From: Daphnia carinata
Taxonomy: Eukaryota
NCBI RefSeq assembly: GCF_022539665.2
Contig: NC_081333.1
Coordinates: forward strand, 1,612,001 to 1,676,000
Direction of reading: 5' to 3'
DNA length: 64,000 nt
In this document: positions 57,365 to 64,000 of the stretch, one piece after another
Layout of the letters: each line of letters starts with the position of its first letter
Numbering within the stretch: position 1 is the first letter of the stretch
Program-made: the position numbers and the translations under genes
The notes under the pieces: model-generated
Databases searched by the model: none
What the model saw: only the letters and a program-made list of their open reading frames with translations
Told to the model about the DNA's origin: nothing

Positions 57365-59206
57365 TTTATTTTACCCACGTGTTGCTGGGCGTCGTGGAAT
57401 ATGGGCAGTACAGTTTCCACGCTCTTTTCGTCTAACGCCGTTACCAGGATACTAGCACTGTGATCATGTACAAGAATGACCTTGATGGTGACAATTCCAA
57501 ACGCTAAAAATTAATACATGGAAAATCAATATCAATCTTCAACTAAAATGCTAACATAAATTAATCTTAAGGAATATTTGTGAAAATATTTACAGTTGAT
57601 GGAGTTTTAGTTGGCAAAACATATAAACATTTAATTTTTTTAGTGCTCGTATTGGGAACTTGTAAGAATATCGGAGAACAGATGGCAGTGCTCGTCAGCA
57701 TGCAGAAGTACTGTACGCGCTGGTTGAATAGAACAAGATCTGAAAATAAGCTCAGCTCAGAATGTTTCAACGTCTCAACAAACAAACAAAAATACTACGA
57801 AACAAAAACTAAAAGGAAAATCATCGATCGATGGTCACACATGCCCAGAATACACTTACAAGAGGTAAGCCGCACTCTTTCAATATTGGAATTTTGATGT
57901 TACATCAATACTTCTTATGAAACGAAGCTTGTGAACTTCGATATTATGACGCAAAATTGGTTAAGGGGTTCAAGAAAGAAAAGAAACTAGAAAAGACGAA
58001 ATTGGATTTCAGGGATATTTCGTTCACGTTGTTCTCGGACGAAATGGGACAATTATTTCACCCTTAAACTAAAACGCGTAAACATTAACCGAAAACATGC
58101 CACCACTATTGTTCTTTAAAAAGTAATTGATACATCATACTTACCAAGATTTAATCTTGATGTTGTGGTTGGTCCCGTCGGCTTTTGAATAAAAAGCAAG
58201 AATGCTTCGCATCTCCTAAACAACGTCGAGCGGGTCTAACTTCTATTAAAGCCCGAAACCGTATTTTCTCCTGTACCTTTGTATTTATAATGGTCGCGAC
58301 GGTGGAGACAACTAGCGAGGGACTTCACCTACAGAATATCTAGCGGCGGAACTAGACTAAGCAATCTGCATTCCTGCTTTATAATTTAGCAGTTTTTTAT
58401 TTCCACGCATGTGTAATTGCTTAATTTTTTTCCAAGTTGAGCCATATCAATGGTACGCGTATAAAAATTGTAAATCCATCTACTAATGGCTTATGAGTTT
58501 TTCTTATCTATTCTGTTATCAATTTATCATGCCCGTGACAGAAATCAGGTGATCGGAACTTACATACTAGGATGCAGGTTATTTCCAGTCGGCTCCTGTT
58601 GGCAGGATGTTTTCATCGTGATAGAGGTAGTAATGGGAAGCACATGACACGGGGGAAAGTAGGAGCTCGCGTCGTCTCACGTAGTTTCGATTTTGGCACA
58701 AACAGTGGCCCCAATTTTGTTGCATGACGTCATCGTTCAAACTTAAACAAACCTCACACACTAAAAGAACGTAAAACAATGCAACAGAACACGCGTGCAG
58801 GTTTGCATTAAACGTAGAACTCTAGCAGCCACAACGTGCTCGAGACGAAAATACCCGCTTTTGTGTACAGAAACTATGGATCAGTGCCAATAACGGTGGC
58901 TTCATTTCCGCATCTGCTTTGCTGACAAATATATTCTAGGTTTTTGTTGGACCAATACAAATTTCAGCAACAAGTAGCTATCCGAAATTTGGGAGAAAAA
59001 AACTAGGGCGGTATTACAGCTTGTATATAGATCGAGGTATTCTTTAGCCAAAAAGTTGTAAATTCATTTTCAGCTATGAACAGAATACGAACCGTAATTC
59101 CAATTTACTGAGAAATAGACATATGCTTGTCGTATTTTGAATATGTAGAATGACTTCGAATTGCGATTCAGTAAAAATAAAGCCGTTTTTATTACATACA
59201 AGTGCA

Positions 59207-60102
59207 TCAACTTTTCCTAGTCCGTTTGTTACTTTTACTTAAGATCTCATAGTCGAACTGTTCTTGAAGGTTACTTGCTGGGCTTGTCTCATCAACCACA
59301 TAACTAGAAAATAATTAGAAATCTGGTATACTACAGATAGACATAATGAATTTAACAATGAAATAAACATACCCATGGCTTTTGAAAAAGCCAACTGCAT
59401 TAAGGTTGTGTACAAAGACAGTCAGCACAACTTTCCTTAAATTAGCTGTGAATGCCATGAGCTCTAAAATTTGGAGCATGAATCGTCCAAGTCCTTTATG
59501 CCTGCATTCTAATTCCAGCTGTAATTCATAGCTAGGAAAATAAGCACAAGTGTAAATCTTTAAAACAGAGAATGCTAGTTGCTTATAATACCAATATAAT
59601 ACTGGAAGCCCATAATCCATATCAAAACGAAAATGTGAGAAGGCTATGGGCTTTCCTTCTTTTGTGGAGGCAATCAAATACCAAGCAGAGTCTTCAGTCA
59701 TTTCTAAAAATTTTTCTTTTTCATTCCAGCCCCAAGCACTCTCTTCATACCTATAAGAGTGATTGTATCAAAACAGACATCTGGCCTTGCAAAGTATCTA
59801 GAAATCTTACATTTTTTTCATGTTGTTCTTCAACAGGTCAAACAATTGATCAATTGTAATTTTGTCAAGCTGAGAGGCTTTGCAACATTTTAGGTCAACA
59901 TCTAACCCATTTCGCGAAAACGAGTGAAAAGCAACCAAATGTCCAAGTGGATTATTCTGCGTGAATATACAAGGAGTTAATGACCAAATAGAAAACACAT
60001 GTTGAAATTGAATATTACTTGATCGTTTGCCTTTTTCACAATTTCTTCATCATCAGTTAATACTTTAGATTTTTTCTTAATTTTTTTCTTTCTTGAAAAC
60101 AT
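59207..60102 (-). CDS. NAA40: N-alpha-acetyltransferase 40 (NatD, histone H4/H2A)
   Basis: Lys-rich start MFSRKKK, FSRNGLDVDL, AFSHFRFDMDYG, VLYCYELQLE, the GNAT motif RHKGLGRF, KVVLTVF, DETSP and YEILSK. Confidence 0.9.
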
Positions 60103-61143
60103 TTTTGTTCGCAGAATATTTTTGTAATAAAGAAATGTGAAACCAAAAAGATGTGAAGCTCTTCTATGTCATGGAAAAGAGACAAAAACATTACGTTGCT
60201 TCCACAATCGAAAAGGCGGGAACGCTCCTCGATGTCGTCTGCCACCGTTGCTGCTTTTTCTTTCGGTTATTTATTTATTTGCCTTTTTGTTTGTTTGTCG
60301 ATTTGTTTAAGCAATACTCCTGAATTGATTCACCTCAAAATAATGCATTTCAAGTAACTAAACTTGGCCGCTGATCTTAGAGAGCTCATTCTAGAAAACG
60401 TAATAGGGTCTCATTTAAAAATCTGCCCCAATTAGTTGCAATCGGTTCCTCGTCCCGCCCTGAAAAAACAACTGGGGGACTATGGAGAAACTTTCTTCAG
60501 CCGATTGGTGCAGGGCTCAATTCCTGGGTCACACCGAAGATCCAGATTCATTTAAAAACACAGTAGGCAAAATGGTGCCACATTAAAAAAAATTCCCAGC
60601 GAAATGTGAACTCCTGATTGATCAGTCAGAAGACAGATTACGCCGGCGTTAACAATCAATGCTTATAATCGGGGTTGTGAACCCCGAACAAAACCCCGAT
60701 AGCTGTGGGGGGAAAATGAGACGTCCCGAAATCCACGCCCCAAGACCTAGAAAAGGCTCTTCCGGCCGGTAATAAAAATTTCGATTGGGCCGGGGCAATC
60801 ATAGGCCCAATAATAAAGCATCAAACTTTGAAAGCAGAGCTTAGCGAAGTCTAAAATATGGAAGATCACCCCTTTTAACAACTACCTCTACTTTGGAATA
60901 ACAGTTGCCAATAACAATTAGCTCATAGCTTGTTACATGTAATTATGAAAAATACATGGTTACAAGTCTATCAGACGGGAGAGATTTCGTGGCCGCGCAA
61001 ATCGTAAAGGCCGCCAGGAGATGTCAAATGATCGCCAGTCAGGAGAGGGATAGGCGATACTGCGAACTAAATAATTACCTAAATATATTTTGTCCACTAG
61101 AAATTTATATATTCTTTCCAACAGCCAGTTCGTTCGTACATTT

Positions 61144-62379
61144 TTACTTTATCTGAACATTGGCTAACGTGGCGGCTGATATGGGCCCTTTGTTAGGAAT
61201 AGAGAGAACTGCTCCTTTAAAAGTAGCAATCTTTTCGGCATTTGTTTTTAAATCTGGAGCCACTGTTTCCCATATTTTCTTTTTGGGGTTAAGTACTGGA
61301 TCCGGGCATCTAACATATCCATCGGCTTCCACTAGGTCACCGGGTACAGCTCCGTTGGGAGGCAGTAGAATTTCCACCTGATGCAAAAGTAACGCCAAAA
61401 TTTTAAAAACAAACTGATTAATAGAAAGAAACTCTAAACATGTTTTTACCTTTTCAGATGTTGATGCGCACATCAACATTCCTTCAGAGGTGATTCCTCT
61501 CATTTTAGCAGGTTTGAGATTACACATGAATACAGCAATGCGATTCTGCATCTCCTCTATGGGAACATGTTTGACCAACCCACTTACAATGGTTCTTGTT
61601 TTTTCTTCACCAAGATCAACTTCCTCCACGTACAAAGAATCAGCATCAGGATGTTTTTTAACTGAAAAAGACAAATATGAGTAACTACAAAACTAGAACT
61701 GATATTGGAGTTTTAGCATTATAACACCTGCCACAATTTTCCCAATTCGCAAGTCAATTCTACCAATATCAATGGGCCCATCATCAGATTTGACTTTATT
61801 TACTTCTCCCGACTCAGCTAAAAATAATAATAGAAGCAAATTAACAAGTGTGCAATAATTAACTGTTTGGCATTATTGAAAGTAACCTGCTTCTCCCTTT
61901 TTTAACTCTTTTATCTTTTTTACTCCTGGTGTTGGAACAACTTTTTCCTTTGATTTTTCTGCTGTGTCTTGAACTATGGGCTGTGACGCAGCAGAAGTGG
62001 AGAAGTTTCTCACACCGTGGCTGATTCCAGCCTGAATTAGCTTTTGCTTCCAAATTTCAACTTCTTTTTTCAAGTTTTCATTTTCTTGTTTTAATGTTGA
62101 CAATAAAGTGGGAGCTGCACTATTTTGAGTTCTCTCCAGCTGCAGCAACTAGAGGCCGACCCAATAACAAAAAAAAAGAAAACAAGAAAATGGGAAAGTT
62201 TTCACACAGCAATGTAGTTTTTAAAGCACGTTAAATACTTATCTTCCGTTTTCCAGAAAGCGACAGGGAAAATTGTGTATTTTCACTTGACATACCTCGT
62301 TTTTTAATGTAAATATCAAACTCTCAGCAGCTATGGCTTTCTGTTCCAGTTGCAGCAATATTCTCGTGGCCGAAGACAT
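61144..62379 (-). CDS. AIMP1: Aminoacyl-tRNA synthetase complex-interacting multifunctional protein 1 (p43/EMAP II domain)
   Basis: N-terminal coiled coil (LKQENENLKKEVEIWKQKLIQA) followed by the OB fold DIGRIDLRIGKI, KHPDADSLYVEEVDLGE, RTIVSGLV, CNLKPAKMRG and LNPKKKIWE. No synthetase catalytic domain is attached. Confidence 0.9.
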
Positions 62380-62709
62380 GATTTTATGCAATTACAAAAT
62401 TGATGTAATTCACGATTTGTTTCGAATGTTGCTCGAGGATTAGGGCCTACGACAAGACGAAATGATCAACAAGCATGGTACTGATACTGCACTGTACTGT
62501 ACAACAAGCGAAACTGCTTTTTCTATCGATTAATAGTTTATCAATTATCATACGATACCTTATTTCCTGCCGGAGTGAGCAGACGTCCTTTGACGTTTGA
62601 AAACAAGTGTTGGTTGAATGTTGTTCGATTAGTTGTTTGTAGATGTGGTACGATTTGCCAATATTTCTATTTGCCAGCAAAAGCTGATATTCTTTGCAAG
62701 AAAATAGTA

Positions 62710-63744
62710 ATGGCCCAACACTCCATTGATTCATTTTCCATTTTGGATAGGAAAGCTGATACCAGTGATGGCAAATTTGAAGTTCCATCATGTAATCCGT
62801 CAACATCCTGTGAAGATGGAAGTTCGACAATGGGATCGGCAACAGAAGAAACCCTACCAAATCAAGCATCCTACGAGTTTAACACTTCAGTCATGTTACC
62901 AACTTTAACAAAGTGTAGCAGGATTAATACCTTATCTGAAGAATCAAAAGTGGCACAAGAAGAAATTATATCTCATGTGGCAAATTGTTCTGAAGAAGTT
63001 TTTCAGAGAATACAGCATCGAGATGAGCCAACACTTTCAATTCAGCAGAAAAAAGAGATTGTAACATCATTGCTAAACTCCAGTCCTTCAAATTTTCTTG
63101 TTAGATTTGGAAAATTCTTGGAGACAAGCCATTTGAATTACTTTCATCAGTATCATGATAGCTATGAAGTTTCTTATTATCTCCAACAGTTGAACAAAGA
63201 ATCTAAGGCACAGGAAATGAGCGTCAAAAATCGTCGTTTCCATGCAATGAATGAATTGATAAAAGAAGGAAAATACTTCAGTATGAATGAAATGAGGAAA
63301 AGAAATCCAATCCTCTTTCATGAACTTATTGAGAAGTACATGACATCTGAAGAAAAGAGGTCTCTGGAACAAGACCAGCCAAAACTATGTAATCTATCCA
63401 CCATGTTCATGGCCCACATAGATGGAGATCAAACATGTTCCAAAAGAAGGAATGAACAACTAGCCAATCAGTCAGCATGGGATGAAGCTTTAGCTCATGA
63501 TGAAGAAGAAGAGGATGAAGATATAGATCAAAATGAAAAGGAGTTCTTTCGAGATGAATTTATATCAGGTATAACTTAATAGTTCTTACTGGCGGCAAAA
63601 ATTATAACTTTTTTCATAGGTATGTACAGCAGCTTTCTTCAAGGGCATGACGAGGAATTCGACTACAGCAAAATCGATGCTTCGAATCATAACGACATAA
63701 TTTCTGAAAGAGACGCAGAAGAAAGATATTTTGACAGTGACTAA
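62710..63744 (+). CDS. CCDC97: Coiled-coil domain-containing protein 97-like; exons 62710-63568 and 63620-63744
   Basis: FLVRFG, VKNRRF, GKYFSMNEMRKRNPILF, FLQGHDEEFDYSKID and ERDAEERYFD. Confidence 0.82.
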
Positions 63745-64000
63745 CATATAACAATTTGGAATTTAATATCTTGTATAAAATGATCTTTAAGTATCTCACG
63801 TATTCTGCTCCAACATTGCCCGTTTGAAAAAGTATTGGTGTTGTATAGCTTGTCTCTCTTACCTGTGAGGGCTCATTAAGCAATTAATTTTGAACCAGAA
63901 CTTTTTTAATACCAGGAGTAAACAGATCTATGCCTGATATATCTTAAGTCGTATAGTGTAATTAATGCTTATAGACAGCCCAGCATGGGAACATGCGGCC

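Noticed and set aside
60505..60540. tRNA T-arm/B-box-like GGGCTCAATTCCTGG
   Set aside because: No acceptor, D or anticodon arms can be built, and the stem geometry is wrong.

Overview
This is eukaryotic, AT-rich, very gene-dense genomic DNA with many short (about 50-90 nt) spliceosomal introns. The architecture and proteins suggest a compact arthropod genome such as a cladoceran (Daphnia-like); this is an inference. I can support 17 protein-coding loci: an SLC16A10/MCT10-like transporter, a small secreted Tyr/Gly/Pro-rich peptide, PGAP1, a CYP3-clan P450 (with an apparent 1-nt frameshift), PAK1IP1, SF3B1, COQ10, two cytidine deaminase paralogues, mTOR, RSPRY1, fucose kinase, MCM8, adenylosuccinate synthetase, NAA40, AIMP1 and CCDC97. 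The only accessory-looking region is about 23.2-30.5 kb, between the two cytidine deaminases. It holds a 1.7-kb CpG-rich hierarchical minisatellite, a 334-bp TTAA-flanked, TIR-bounded element packed with hairpins, and a 233-bp tandem duplication. The best leads are that structured piggyBac-type MITE and an oversized SF3B1 intron with candidate poison exons and RNA hairpins. Gene coordinates are hand-spliced start-to-stop spans that include introns. No database searches or folding programs were run. I cannot demonstrate a new biological system from the sequence alone.
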